Positions 27,193 through 37,397 of a stretch of DNA of 64,000 bases are shown in pieces. How positions within the stretch are numbered: the first letter of the stretch is position 1; the number at the start of each line of letters is the position of its first letter. The stretch covers positions 9,355-73,354 of the forward strand of contig WXFD01000019.1 in assembly GCA_009877105.1 (NCBI GenBank), given 5' to 3'. Source of the stretch: Bacteroidales bacterium. Lineage in GTDB: Bacteria; Bacteroidota; Bacteroidia; Bacteroidales; VadinHA17. Both the position numbers and the translations under genes were made by a program. Under the pieces are notes generated by a model. It searched no databases, was not told the origin of the DNA, and saw only the letters and a list, made by a program, of their open reading frames with translations.

Positions 27193-30030
27193 CTAAAAAT
27201 CCTTATCCAATACCATCATTGCTTCTTTCCCATCGAGGTCTTGTTTGGCAAAGCGCGCAGTCAATACTTTTTCCTCCCCTGGAAACAACGTAACGAAATT
27301 ATCGCTCCAGAACGTTGGCCATACTTCATCGCCGCCTTCCCCTTTGGTGATCATGAACCGGTTAAAGAATGAAACTTTGTTGCTGTTGTTTTTTATTCGT
27401 GCAATGACCATGTATTCTTCGCCATCCGATTTGATAACGTGCGAAATATCAAGTTCAGTTTTGGATAGTCCTGCTATAGCACGAAGATCGACTTGTTCTT
27501 TATTCGATGACAACCAATACAAGTTATCTGAAACGACATCTCCCTTATTGTTTTTTAGCTGGAGCCTTACAAAATAAGCCAAATTCAAACCTTGCAGCTC
27601 AGGAATTTTAAAGAGCTCCTTATAACGGTCGGCTTCAATAGTGAATTTCTGTTCTTTATGCCATTGTTCTGTCATGTCGAGGTTGAATACTTTCACAATT
27701 GCTGTAAGGTTTTTATGGCTCTTGTGCCGGGTGTTTATTACCGAAACTGTATAATCGAGTTCATTCAGCTGTATATGAAGAGGTTCCAGTGCTTTTTTGG
27801 TATAATAATAAGCTGCATTGGGGTTCAAAAACCAATCGTAAATTTGCCAGAGCACCTGTGGCCACACGGCATTCAGTTTCCATATCATAACCCCCGAAGT
27901 AATATCCCACATACGGTGGTTGGCCGCTTCGAACATGGCCCGATAGCTCCCTGCATTAACGTATTGAGCCCATCGCAAATAGTCTTCAACAGTTTGCGGT
28001 TGGCCATATTGAGAACGGATGGCATTGTCATATGTGCTGTAGATATCGTCATCACCATCTACGGCATCATGGTAAGCCCATGCTTTGTCAAGCGGGTAGA
28101 GACTGTCTTTTGGCCCAGAACCGAGGTCGAAAATGTATTTTTTCATGCTCCCCAGGGTAGAAACTGCAGGGACGCCCATTTCATTCCGGAACATCTGATC
28201 CTTAACTTCCAGTACCTTGCGATAATAGTAATCATGAGGATACCAAGTATAATCGGGCGGCCCCTCATCGGTCATCCCGGTTGGCAGATCAGGCTTTATG
28301 TAAGGGGTGAGCTTGTCAACATCCCAGCCTATACTTGAAGAAGCAATAAAAATACGGGTTGTGTCATGTTCCTTGATGTATTTTCTTAATGGTACATATA
28401 AATCTTCACGTATCATGGTTTCGCACTGCATGGCCCAGATTGTAAGGCTTGGGTGGTTGCGATACCTTTTCACGATATCAAAAGAGTTTTCAAGCGAAAG
28501 CTTGGTATCGACAGGGTTGTTAAAAGTCTCAGTACCAGGGTAGCTTGTCCAGCATTGGTAAAATGTTTCCCACATCATCAGGCCGTACTTGTCATATGTT
28601 TCCATTACGTATTCGGGCGGGGCAGGCATATCTTCATTAGCTATCATGTTTACCCCCGATTCTGCAAGTAAGCGTGCTTCATCGTACATGCGTTTCTTAC
28701 TCATGTCGAGCATCATATCTGGTTGTATCCACCCGCCACGGCAAAATACCCGTTGACCGTTTACTAAAAACACCCTTCCAAACTCCCCATTAAGTTCTTT
28801 CAACGTGCTCCCAAGCTCACGGATACCGAAGGTCGTATTTTTAACATCAGAAGATGTACCGTTCGTCTCGAATGTAAGATTGAGGTTATGCAGGTACTGC
28901 TTGCCATATCCGTTGGGCCACCACAAATGCGGATTTTTGATAGTTAACTGCTTGAAATCCTTGGGTGAAAATGAAACTTTTACCGTTTGCCCGGCAGGGA
29001 TTTCAATTGCTTTCTCGAATGTTACTGTATTCATGTTGCCCGGCATCTCTTTTTTGTAGGTGCAGAAGTCAATGACTTTCAACATGTCAATACTACCCCT
29101 GAGAACACCTTTTTGTGCTATGGTTCCTGAGTTTTTCAGCCCGGCGGAAATGTAAATTTCAGCCTTGGTCGTGTCAGGGAGTGGCAAATCGGTAATAATA
29201 TACGGGTCAACAATGGTAACATCACCAGAGTAGGTAAGGAATACATCCTGGTAAAGACCCATGTTGCGATCGCGTACGACCGGGGCACAATCCCATCCTG
29301 CCATAAATTTTATTGTAACGTCTTTAAAAATGTCCTCAGCCCAACCGCGGCTTGGACCAAAAACTTCAAACTGGTAGCCGGGATTTGGCGTACCAACATG
29401 GTCAACCTGGTGTATTTTGACTGCAAGTACGTTTTGTCCTTCAAAATTCACCTGATCGCTAATATCATATTGAAACCTCCTGAACATACCGGCCATGTCA
29501 GTTGAACTGGCAATTTGTTTGCTATTCAGCCAAACATCGGCCCGGTAATTGATGCCGTCAAAGTTCAGCCACACCCGTTTGCCTTTCTTTTCGGCAGGTA
29601 TTCTGAATGTCGTCCTGAACCAGTACGGATCTTTAAACGGGTTGTCAACACCTTTGATATGGCTATATTTTGCCAGACCCATTTTTTCATTGAATGTATC
29701 GCAGGCATCAGGGATTTGCAGGTCATTCAGGTCGAAATGCGGGTCGGGGTAAATACCTGCTTTTACCAGAGCATTCAGCACGGATGTGGGCACTTCAGCC
29801 TTTACCCAGGCAGAATCATTGAATCCAGCTGTTGATATAGTTGATCCATCGGAAGAATCCTGCGTGGTAGATTCAATCCGCCATTGTTTTAAGAATTGCT
29901 TTTCGTTTTCTGACAAAACGAAACCGGAGTTTTGTTGGTGCTTACAGGATTGGAATGTCAGGGCTGTTGACAGAACAGTGCAAGCCATCAGTACTGCTGA
30001 ATTTCTAAAGAATACTTCTCCTATTTTCAT
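27193..30030 (-). CDS. Glycoside hydrolase family 2 lipoprotein (beta-mannosidase / exo-beta-D-glucosaminidase branch)
   Basis: 945 aa with signal ending FQSC. N-terminal W-x-KAEVPTSVLNALVKAGIYPDPHFDLN, plus PHLWWPNGYGKQYL, LVNGQRVFCRGGWIQPD and GLMMWETF fit the GH2 sugar-binding/Ig/TIM architecture of BmnA/CsxA-like enzymes. Confidence 0.75.
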   Translation of the reverse strand: MKIGEVFFRNSAVLMACTVLSTALTFQSCKHQQNSGFVLSENEKQFLKQWRIESTTQDSSDGSTISTAGFNDSAWVKAEVPTSVLNALVKAGIYPDPHFDLNDLQIPDACDTFNEKMGLAKYSHIKGVDNPFKDPYWFRTTFRIPAEKKGKRVWLNFDGINYRADVWLNSKQIASSTDMAGMFRRFQYDISDQVNFEGQNVLAVKIHQVDHVGTPNPGYQFEVFGPSRGWAEDIFKDVTIKFMAGWDCAPVVRDRNMGLYQDVFLTYSGDVTIVDPYIITDLPLPDTTKAEIYISAGLKNSGTIAQKGVLRGSIDMLKVIDFCTYKKEMPGNMNTVTFEKAIEIPAGQTVKVSFSPKDFKQLTIKNPHLWWPNGYGKQYLHNLNLTFETNGTSSDVKNTTFGIRELGSTLKELNGEFGRVFLVNGQRVFCRGGWIQPDMMLDMSKKRMYDEARLLAESGVNMIANEDMPAPPEYVMETYDKYGLMMWETFYQCWTSYPGTETFNNPVDTKLSLENSFDIVKRYRNHPSLTIWAMQCETMIREDLYVPLRKYIKEHDTTRIFIASSSIGWDVDKLTPYIKPDLPTGMTDEGPPDYTWYPHDYYYRKVLEVKDQMFRNEMGVPAVSTLGSMKKYIFDLGSGPKDSLYPLDKAWAYHDAVDGDDDIYSTYDNAIRSQYGQPQTVEDYLRWAQYVNAGSYRAMFEAANHRMWDITSGVMIWKLNAVWPQVLWQIYDWFLNPNAAYYYTKKALEPLHIQLNELDYTVSVINTRHKSHKNLTAIVKVFNLDMTEQWHKEQKFTIEADRYKELFKIPELQGLNLAYFVRLQLKNNKGDVVSDNLYWLSSNKEQVDLRAIAGLSKTELDISHVIKSDGEEYMVIARIKNNSNKVSFFNRFMITKGEGGDEVWPTFWSDNFVTLFPGEEKVLTARFAKQDLDGKEAMMVLDKDF

Positions 30031-30934
30031 AATAAGTATTATTATTCTGAATAATTAAACATGCAGCACCAATAAAGCCTGCATAATCACCAAGTGTTGC
30101 TTTTACAATTCTCGTTTTTTCAGCGGGAATCGGGCATATCCATTTTCTTAGCATTTTCTCCATTGAAGCCTTAAAAAAATCGTAAGCATATGTAATCGAT
30201 CCGCCTAGTACCACAACCTCAGGATCTAAAAGGTTAATGGTCCAGGCAAGCGGAACTGCAAGGTGTTCACCAAATGCTTTCCATGCCTGTAAGGCTTCTT
30301 TATCGCCTTGCTCTGCAAGTTGATACACTTCCAAAGAGCTTCTTTCCTTGCCTGCAACCTCCCTGAAAAGCCTTGTTACACCCCGTCCGGAAATATAGTC
30401 TTCAATTATCCCGTTCTTGTAGGGCGACGGCCATATTTCGGCAGCCGTTCCGGTTGCGCCATTAAAAATATTTTGATTGAGGACGATGGCGCAACCCAGG
30501 CCTGTGCCTAAAGTAAATCCAACCACGTTTTTTTTATCCTTGGCTGCCCCATAAATACATTCAGCCAGGATAAGGCAGTTGGCATCGTTGTTTAGCTCAA
30601 CCGGAATATTAAAATGGCTTTGAATAGCTTCACGCAAATTGAAAAAGTGCATGTTAGGTAGTTGCGGGCATTCCAGTATTTCTCCCTTTAAGCTGTCAAC
30701 CGGTCCGGTTGCACCAACGCCAATACCCAGAACCTCGCTGATGTTCGCATCAATAGTATTCAGGCTTTGCTCAATGGAACCAATAATGCGCTGAACAATT
30801 ACTTCGGCATGATCATTGCCCCCGGTAGGGACCCTTATCGGTGTGCCGCAAACATTTCCTTCACGGTCTATTACACCGGTCATTATTTTGGTACCTCCTA
30901 AGTCAACACCTATTAAAAGTTTTTTCAGACTCAT
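30005..30934 (-). CDS. ROK-family sugar kinase-like protein (no HTH; zinc Cys motif absent)
   Basis: 309 aa with the GVDLGGTK ATP motif, NDANC and GTGLGCAIV. The canonical G-H...C-x-C-G-x2-G-C-x-E segment is replaced by AAEIWPSPYKNGIIEDY. Its 3' end overlaps the GH2 start by 26 nt. Confidence 0.75.
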   Translation of the reverse strand: MSLKKLLIGVDLGGTKIMTGVIDREGNVCGTPIRVPTGGNDHAEVIVQRIIGSIEQSLNTIDANISEVLGIGVGATGPVDSLKGEILECPQLPNMHFFNLREAIQSHFNIPVELNNDANCLILAECIYGAAKDKKNVVGFTLGTGLGCAIVLNQNIFNGATGTAAEIWPSPYKNGIIEDYISGRGVTRLFREVAGKERSSLEVYQLAEQGDKEALQAWKAFGEHLAVPLAWTINLLDPEVVVLGGSITYAYDFFKASMEKMLRKWICPIPAEKTRIVKATLGDYAGFIGAACLIIQNNNTYYENRRSIL

Positions 30935-31153
30935 AAATTACGGAATATCATATTTTGCATGCTTTTGTACATACATAACTTAATTTCTCTTTGTTTAGTA
31001 ATTCCCGCTTACCGTAGCATCCCCTTAATGTCAGTCGTCAGGCCGGAAACCCTGAACCGGATTTGCACGACTTCCCTTTTTAAACGGTATTCCTTCTGAA
31101 AGGGAATGTGGATAATATAATACTATGTACAACTAAACGACATTGAAAGACAT

Positions 31154-32419
31154 TTAATAGTTTCGAATGTCTGCTTCCGCATTGCTGTTGGCTTCTCTTA
31201 TTCTACCGATGTCCAATTTCCCTTTTCCCCACAATGCCAGGACAGTAACGTATAAAAATGCAACTACATTAACGGCCATTCCCCATTTCATACCTGCATG
31301 CTGGCCGGTAAAACCTACCAGCCATCCGAGAAAAGCCCCACCAACAATGGCTGTACCTAAAATGCCTGATATGGTTCCATGATATTCACCAAAACTATTT
31401 ATAGCGGCGCTGAATATAGATGTAAATGATGCACAGGTGAAATAACCAACCAGGGCAAATGCAACAAGTGCAGTATTGGCATTGCCGGTAATGGCAACCA
31501 ATAACGCAAGAACAGTACCCAAACTATGAAAAATAAATATCTTTTTTTCGCTGAAATACCTCATCATAACTGAAATAATAAGCCTGCCCATTGCCTGTAA
31601 CAGCCAGAACAGGGCTACTACCAATGCAGTTTTTGAAGGAAATATAGCATTCATGAAGGTCCCTTCTGCCCAGAACGATTGGCTGTTAATCACACCGTGA
31701 ATTCTATTCATGTATATAATAATGTAAGATGAAACACCCACTTCAGCGCCTACATACAGAAATATACCCAAACTATAGGTAATGATGACGGGGTGTTTCA
31801 GTAATAAACCAATACTGGAATAATTGATTTTTTCTTCTTCGTTCAGTTTCACCCTCGGGAAACTGGCCATTGCCAATACAATAAGCAAAACAGTGTTAAA
31901 AAACCCAAACAAAAGATAGACAGTTTTCCATGAGAAGCCATTGGCCTGCATTATAGGAACAAGCAACGGGCTAAATGCATAACCGAGTGAACCGATACCA
32001 ATAATAATGGTAAGGTTTGCCGTGTAATTATCAGGTTTATCAAGCTCCCTGATAAAGGGGTTGCCGGCAACCTGGATGGCTGTTACGCCTACTCCAACAA
32101 GGAATATAACCAGTATAACAACCAAATAGTTTGAGCTTATAAAACAGAGGAACGACCCAAGGGCCATCAGCAAAGTTCCCAGAAGTAAAATCCGCTTTGC
32201 TCCGAACTTGTCCATTGCCAGGCCGAATGGTACCGAAGTAAGTCCATAGGCTACGTAAAAGGCAAATGGCAAAAGTGCAGCAATACTCAATGATACATTG
32301 TAATCATTCTCGAATCGATCAATAATAACACCAATAACTGAAGTGAGCAGGCCAAACGAAATATACAGCAGCACTGTTACAACAAATAAAAGCCTGGATT
32401 TTGGTTTTGCAGACATCAC
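31154..32419 (-). CDS. MFS sugar transporter of the FucP/GlcP/NagP type
   Basis: 421 aa with 12 predicted TM helices. The short hydrophilic N-terminus and GAKRILLLG-type loop are typical of glucose/galactose/fucose:H+ symporters. Confidence 0.8.
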   Translation of the reverse strand: MMSAKPKSRLLFVVTVLLYISFGLLTSVIGVIIDRFENDYNVSLSIAALLPFAFYVAYGLTSVPFGLAMDKFGAKRILLLGTLLMALGSFLCFISSNYLVVILVIFLVGVGVTAIQVAGNPFIRELDKPDNYTANLTIIIGIGSLGYAFSPLLVPIMQANGFSWKTVYLLFGFFNTVLLIVLAMASFPRVKLNEEEKINYSSIGLLLKHPVIITYSLGIFLYVGAEVGVSSYIIIYMNRIHGVINSQSFWAEGTFMNAIFPSKTALVVALFWLLQAMGRLIISVMMRYFSEKKIFIFHSLGTVLALLVAITGNANTALVAFALVGYFTCASFTSIFSAAINSFGEYHGTISGILGTAIVGGAFLGWLVGFTGQHAGMKWGMAVNVVAFLYVTVLALWGKGKLDIGRIREANSNAEADIRNY

Positions 32420-33472
32420 TTACTCAATTTCCGTCACTTTCGCTCCTTTTGAAAAACTTCCGGCTTCATAACCTTTAGTTTTGGCATACTCATCAACAAA
32501 TAGCTGAACTGGAAGAATACTTTGGATCGAAAAGAGGTATTCATCGGGTTGATTAATATAAAATTGTGCCATGTTTTTGGACTCGCAATACAGTTTCTCA
32601 TTCGTGATGACCAATACTTTTCCTCCAAAAGCAACAATGTCTTTGGCCATTTTAACACTCTGCTCTTGTGTTCTTCCTTTAGGTATGAATAAAATCGATT
32701 TAAAACCTTCGTTAACCATTTCCATGGGCCCGTGACGAAATTCGCCTCCTAATATTCCTGCTGCCGGAATCTGAAGTGCTTCTTTGAACATGAGTGCACT
32801 TTGACATGCTGTTGAAAATGATGGACCACGAGCAATTATTTGAATCGTTTGAAGGTCGCCTAGAAAATCAACAATCTCATTCAGCCAGTTCTTATATTCT
32901 TTAAGGGATTCTGTAAAACTGCATTTCAGTTGTTCAATTCCCATCAGAATTTTGTTGTTAAAAGAGTTGTTAATGGCATGAGCAAGAATATAGGTTACCA
33001 AAGATGTAAGTACATATGTTTTAGTTGAAGTCATTTCCTCTTTTCCCCCTTTGGTGAAAAGGGCTACATTTGCATTTTTTGCCAGTGTACTGTTTTCTTC
33101 ATTCATAATTCCTATTGAACAGACAGTATCGGGCAGTTTTCTTAGTATTTCCCTGATCTCAAAACTTTCGCCTGACTGCGAAATACAAACCAATAGGGTT
33201 TTTCTGTTTAGAATCGAAAGATTGTAGTGGAGGAGTTCGCTGGTGTTGATTACGAACGAAAGTATATTCATCTCGTTAAACAATCCGGAAGCTGCGTGGG
33301 AAATAAAAAATGAGCTACCCATTCCTGTAAATACAACTTGTTGGATATCATTTTCCTTCAGCAATTTCTCCGCTTCAATTAACGATAGTTTTCCATACTC
33401 ACTTCTGTAATAATCAAGTAAGTTCTGTATGGCTAAAGGCTGTTCCAGAATTTCAGATAGAAATTTATTCAT
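32420..33472 (-). CDS. Two-SIS-domain sugar-phosphate isomerase/deaminase (GlmS C-terminal / AgaS / NagB-II / FrlB-like)
   Basis: ~350 aa with GMGSSF and SQSGES motifs in the first SIS domain and a second SIS domain (IIARGPS...). Its stop codon abuts the MFS start codon with no gap. I preferred the ATG at 33472; the listed start at 33478 is GTG. Confidence 0.8.
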   Translation of the reverse strand: MNKFLSEILEQPLAIQNLLDYYRSEYGKLSLIEAEKLLKENDIQQVVFTGMGSSFFISHAASGLFNEMNILSFVINTSELLHYNLSILNRKTLLVCISQSGESFEIREILRKLPDTVCSIGIMNEENSTLAKNANVALFTKGGKEEMTSTKTYVLTSLVTYILAHAINNSFNNKILMGIEQLKCSFTESLKEYKNWLNEIVDFLGDLQTIQIIARGPSFSTACQSALMFKEALQIPAAGILGGEFRHGPMEMVNEGFKSILFIPKGRTQEQSVKMAKDIVAFGGKVLVITNEKLYCESKNMAQFYINQPDEYLFSIQSILPVQLFVDEYAKTKGYEAGSFSKGAKVTEIE

Positions 33473-33478
33473 ATTCAC

Positions 33479-34045
33479 CTAGTTTTAAACATGTGCATTA
33501 CCCAATTACCTTTTTCAAGATTCAGACAATGAATATATAACATAAAGATTCCCGTCAGAAACATATTGAGAAGCACAGGCATTATTTTGCGATAATATGG
33601 GGTTGTTTGTGACACGCGGGTAAGCTTTGTCAACCTCGTCGGATTGGAAAACAGTGGTACCCCATTTATCATTTGTCTTGTTAAGTTTCTTTGCCAGAAG
33701 ATAATAGAAGTTGTTATAAAAAGCTACATCCGGAGCTGCGAGCGACTTTTCCGAGCGGAGGACCTCGTATGGCTTGTTTGTTAGCAAGTCATTCGGGTTA
33801 TTGCCCTTTTTTACATATACACTCCATCCCTGGTTATTTTGAGAACGCTCTGTCCCATTGCAATAAAAAAGGTAAAAATTGTTGATCATTTTGATAATGA
33901 TTTAAACCGCAATATCCCCGGTATTTGTAACCATCATGATTGACTTCCTCTATTGATAATGTATGGACTGCATCTGCATCCCAACTGTACTTATTCCCCC
34001 GAATAACAAATTGATCTTCGTTAATTTCGGGGCAAAGTCATTTCT
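33479..34045 (-). pseudogene. Decayed ORF remnant (frameshifted; possibly a beta-propeller GH43-like hydrolase fragment)
   Basis: Gene-free 640-nt gap in an otherwise tight operon. My minus-strand translation gives ...FVIRGNKYSWDADAVHTLSIEEVNHDGYKYRGYCG in one frame. This continues in another frame as NNFYLFYCNG...LAAPDVAFYNNFYYLLA...DGNLYVIYSL. There is no usable start, and the total length is far too short for the fold. Confidence 0.4.
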
Positions 34046-34119
34046 GTGTATTTATTGAAAATAAGAAGTTAATAAACATATTATTGAAAATGCATGTTTT
34101 GTGTTCATTCTTGAAATTG

Positions 34120-34911
34120 TTATGCAATAATCACTTCAATTCCATTGTTATTAAGCTGTTGTAATTCCTGTTCCGACAGCTTTTTAGTGGTAACAATAGT
34201 ATTTATCTTTGTTAGCGGTGAGATCACGCCCAGGCTCCTTCTTCCGAATTTTGACGCATCCACAACCAGGATTGTTTCTCCTGAGATTTCCATCATCACC
34301 CGGCTTGTTTTTGCCTCATGAATGTTTGGGGTAGTGAGACCTACTTTAAAATCTATTCCGTCAACGCCCATAAATAGTTTGTCGGCGGTAACCTGTCTTA
34401 ACATGTTGTCTGCCAAAGGGCCGACCAAGGTCGAGCTTTCCTTTAGCAGGTTGCCCCCAACCAGGATCACAGATATTTCGCTGTTTTGTAGTTCAATGGC
34501 AATATTCATGGCGTTCGTAATAACGGTAATTCGATTCCTGTTTTTAATCTCCTTTGCCAACAAGCTTGTGGTTGACCCGGAATCGAGGATAATTGTATCA
34601 CCGTCGAGGATCATTTTGGCTGCCTGCTTCGCTATTCGGACTTTCTCCTCCCTGTTTATCTTTTCTTTTTCGTTTAGTGCCAGGCCCGGATATAATTTCT
34701 TTGTTATAATAGCCCCGCCGTGAGTGCGCCTTAACAAACCTCTTTGTTCGAGCAATGCAAGATCTTTGCGAATAGTAACCGAAGTAGTATTCAGAATCGA
34801 TATCAAGTTTTTAGTTAGAATGCGGCCTTCTTTTTCAAGCATGTCCATAATTTTCCCCAGGCGTTCTTCCTGAAATACAAGATTATTGTTCATTTTTACT
34901 TCTCGGTTCAT
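34120..34911 (-). CDS. DeoR/GlpR-family transcriptional regulator
   Basis: 263 aa with an N-terminal HTH (ISILNTTSVTIRKDLALLEQRGLLRRTHGGA) and a C-terminal DeoR sugar-phosphate sensor domain (IILDSGSTT ... FMGVDGI). Confidence 0.9.
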   Translation of the reverse strand: MNREVKMNNNLVFQEERLGKIMDMLEKEGRILTKNLISILNTTSVTIRKDLALLEQRGLLRRTHGGAIITKKLYPGLALNEKEKINREEKVRIAKQAAKMILDGDTIILDSGSTTSLLAKEIKNRNRITVITNAMNIAIELQNSEISVILVGGNLLKESSTLVGPLADNMLRQVTADKLFMGVDGIDFKVGLTTPNIHEAKTSRVMMEISGETILVVDASKFGRRSLGVISPLTKINTIVTTKKLSEQELQQLNNNGIEVIIA

Positions 34912-35022
34912 TGGTGATGTCTAACAAAATTTGCCCTGGCTAAAATACACCAAATGAATTTCTTTTTCTTGCATTTACTTTCGCTTTTATTAACAATTAA
35001 TAATGCCTATTTAAGAATGGTT

Positions 35023-35862
35023 TTAATCTGGAGGATTGTAGCCCTTTCGTTTGAAACTCCATGACCAGCCTGTTTCGTCCTCATCTTTCTGATCCTGCCA
35101 AAGTACCATCTCGTCGTCGGTAAGAAGAACAATACGGTAAGTTCCTTTTGATGTTACGGCGGGATTGGTACATTCTATGTCATGGTCGAGGATATATGGA
35201 TCTTTAATGGTGATAGTCATTTTTTCGGCGTCAAGGATAAATGTTCCTTTCACTCCCTCGTCTCCAGCCTCGTGGTGGTAGGTGTAATTGATACCACCGT
35301 CTAAGTCGAATACCATTTCACCTTTAATATCAGGCGTAATTTGGACACATTGCCCCCAACTATTTTGTGGCATCCAGCAATCAGGCTCTTCAACGATGTT
35401 AAACCAGGTTTGGTAACAATAGTCAGGAATTCCGGTTTCGGGATCGGTGTTATATACCCATGTTTTACCAGCTCCCTCGCCTGTTAATTCTCTCCATACC
35501 GGTCTGGTAAAAACTGTAGGGTCAGTATTTTCAACCGTAAAAGTTATTTCCGCTGTAGTGCTGGCAGCGCCTTCGCCGTAAACTGTTACAACAACAGTAT
35601 ATGTGCCCTCAAAGGGATAATAGGAAGTTTCTGTGGGTTTGCCAGGCTTAATGATTTGTTTGTTACCCATGTCCCAGTGATAGATGTATCCGTTATCTGC
35701 TGTTACCGTAAAAACCGGGTTATAGGGATCGTCGGTATTCACGGTTAATTTTGCATTAGCTGGCGCCGGGCCCACTTTACCTATTTCATCCATCTGCGGT
35801 GTACAGTATGTAACAAAAAATAATGTGGCGCAGATAGAAACAGTTTTAAGTATGTTTTTCAT
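35023..35862 (-). CDS. PKD-like domain surface lipoprotein (SusE/F-position glycan-binding protein candidate)
   Basis: 279 aa with lipoprotein signal FFVTYC and an Ig/PKD-like segment (FTVTADNGYIYHWDMGN...GTYTVVVTVYGEGAAS). It lies immediately downstream of SusD. Confidence 0.5.
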   Translation of the reverse strand: MKNILKTVSICATLFFVTYCTPQMDEIGKVGPAPANAKLTVNTDDPYNPVFTVTADNGYIYHWDMGNKQIIKPGKPTETSYYPFEGTYTVVVTVYGEGAASTTAEITFTVENTDPTVFTRPVWRELTGEGAGKTWVYNTDPETGIPDYCYQTWFNIVEEPDCWMPQNSWGQCVQITPDIKGEMVFDLDGGINYTYHHEAGDEGVKGTFILDAEKMTITIKDPYILDHDIECTNPAVTSKGTYRIVLLTDDEMVLWQDQKDEDETGWSWSFKRKGYNPPD

Positions 35863-35897
35863 TTTATTCTTAATTTATATGATCTGAAGTGCATGAA

Positions 35898-37391
35898 TTA
35901 ATAAGGATTCTGTTCCAGGTTCGGATTTAAATTGATCTCAACCTGAGGTATAGGGAAATACCGTTTATTATCAGTATAGCCTTCCATGAGGTTTCCTCTT
36001 CCTGTTCTCACCAGGTCCCAATAGCGGTGGCTTTCAAGAGCCAGTTCCACCCGACGTTCATGATATATGGCTTTCAATGGGTCACTTCTGAACGGCGAAG
36101 GCCCTAAGCCAACCCTTGCTCTTACTTTGTTTAAAGGAGTTTCCCAATCATTGCCATTATGAAATGCAGCTTCCGATTGCCACAGAAGTACATCAGCGAA
36201 ACGGATTACCCTTACGTTGAGTCCGGCAGCATCGATCATGCCGGGGCGCTGGCTCAATGGCAAGGTACCTTTACGTTTGTTGTAACCTGTCATAGGCTTA
36301 TTGTCGTTGTGTACAGGGTCCCACTTAGTATAAATAATTTCTTCATCATCAGTTCCTTTCCACAAGGTGTCCCCATCCGAAATGATTGTCCATTTTCTAC
36401 GAATGTCACCCGGTTCAAATTCGTCATACAAATCTTGAGTGGGTTGGTCAAATCCCCATCCGCCATTCCGGTCATCCCGGCTGCGCTGGTATATTTCCAC
36501 CTGACTTCCTTCATTTTCGTCTCCCCAGGCTGTCATGTTGAAGTCTTTTTGCTGCACATCGAAAACCGACTCAATTCCATTGTCAGTAGCAATGGTAAAC
36601 AGGTCGCCGTAATTTTTCTCAAGTTCGTAGTCACCAGACTCGACAATTTGCCTGGCCAGGGGTTCTGCTTCTTTCCACTTTTCCTGAAATATATAAGCTT
36701 TTGTAAGAAAGGCTGCGGCAGCACCCCATGTAGCCCTTCCGATTTCTGCTGCAGGCATGTCCTTTTTGTTTGGCAGTCCTTCCATAGCGTCCTTAAAGTC
36801 ATTTTCTATGGCAGTCCAGCATTCTTCAAGGGTATTGCGAGGCTTGCTGTATTCTGTTACGAGTAAAATGTGGTCAACAATTGGAAATGCCCCGAAAACT
36901 TTGATAAGGCAAAAGTTGTAATATCCTCTTATAAATTTCGCTTCGGCAATAATACGTTTCTGCCCATCAGGTGTTATGTTTTCATTGTCAGTAACCCCTT
37001 CAATAACACGGTTTGCCCTGTTAATACCTATATAAAGCTGCCTCCAGACAATTGCAAGCGAAGGGTTTTCAGCATTTGTTTTAAAATGCTCCATATCATA
37101 TATGGTTTGTTGGTCGCCATCTCCACCACCACCTTTTGCAGCATCGTCAGATACTACATCGCCGATTACCCAGTCGAGGTATTGGATATATTCCATCCAT
37201 CCCATAGGGTCGTAAGCACCTACCAGTGCTGTAAGTGCTGTCTTGTCAGAAGAAAAGAATGAACTCTGATCAATGCTTGGGACGTTAGTGTCCAGAAAAT
37301 TATCAGGATTACAAGCCTGGAAACCAAGGATAAGCAATAAAGCAATTGAAATAAAACAAAATATCTTTCTCATAGTTGTAAAATTTTTCAT
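35898..37391 (-). CDS. susD: SusD/RagB-family nutrient-binding outer-membrane lipoprotein
   Basis: 497 aa with lipoprotein signal (LGFQAC), TPR-like helical core motifs (RAEAKFIRGYYNFCLIKVFG, YHERRVELALESHRYWDLVR) and a C-terminal FPIPQ motif. It starts 6 nt after SusC. Confidence 0.9.
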   Translation of the reverse strand: MKNFTTMRKIFCFISIALLLILGFQACNPDNFLDTNVPSIDQSSFFSSDKTALTALVGAYDPMGWMEYIQYLDWVIGDVVSDDAAKGGGGDGDQQTIYDMEHFKTNAENPSLAIVWRQLYIGINRANRVIEGVTDNENITPDGQKRIIAEAKFIRGYYNFCLIKVFGAFPIVDHILLVTEYSKPRNTLEECWTAIENDFKDAMEGLPNKKDMPAAEIGRATWGAAAAFLTKAYIFQEKWKEAEPLARQIVESGDYELEKNYGDLFTIATDNGIESVFDVQQKDFNMTAWGDENEGSQVEIYQRSRDDRNGGWGFDQPTQDLYDEFEPGDIRRKWTIISDGDTLWKGTDDEEIIYTKWDPVHNDNKPMTGYNKRKGTLPLSQRPGMIDAAGLNVRVIRFADVLLWQSEAAFHNGNDWETPLNKVRARVGLGPSPFRSDPLKAIYHERRVELALESHRYWDLVRTGRGNLMEGYTDNKRYFPIPQVEINLNPNLEQNPY

Positions 37392-37397
37392 CCAGGA

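Noticed and set aside
27592-28338. 248-aa plus-strand ORF
   Set aside because: It lies entirely inside the well-supported minus-strand GH2 gene. The translation is low-complexity with no motif, so it is a typical antisense shadow ORF.
36159-36866. 235-aa plus-strand ORF
   Set aside because: It lies antisense within the SusD gene. It is Cys/Phe/Val-rich with no recognisable domain, start context or signal peptide, so it is a shadow ORF.
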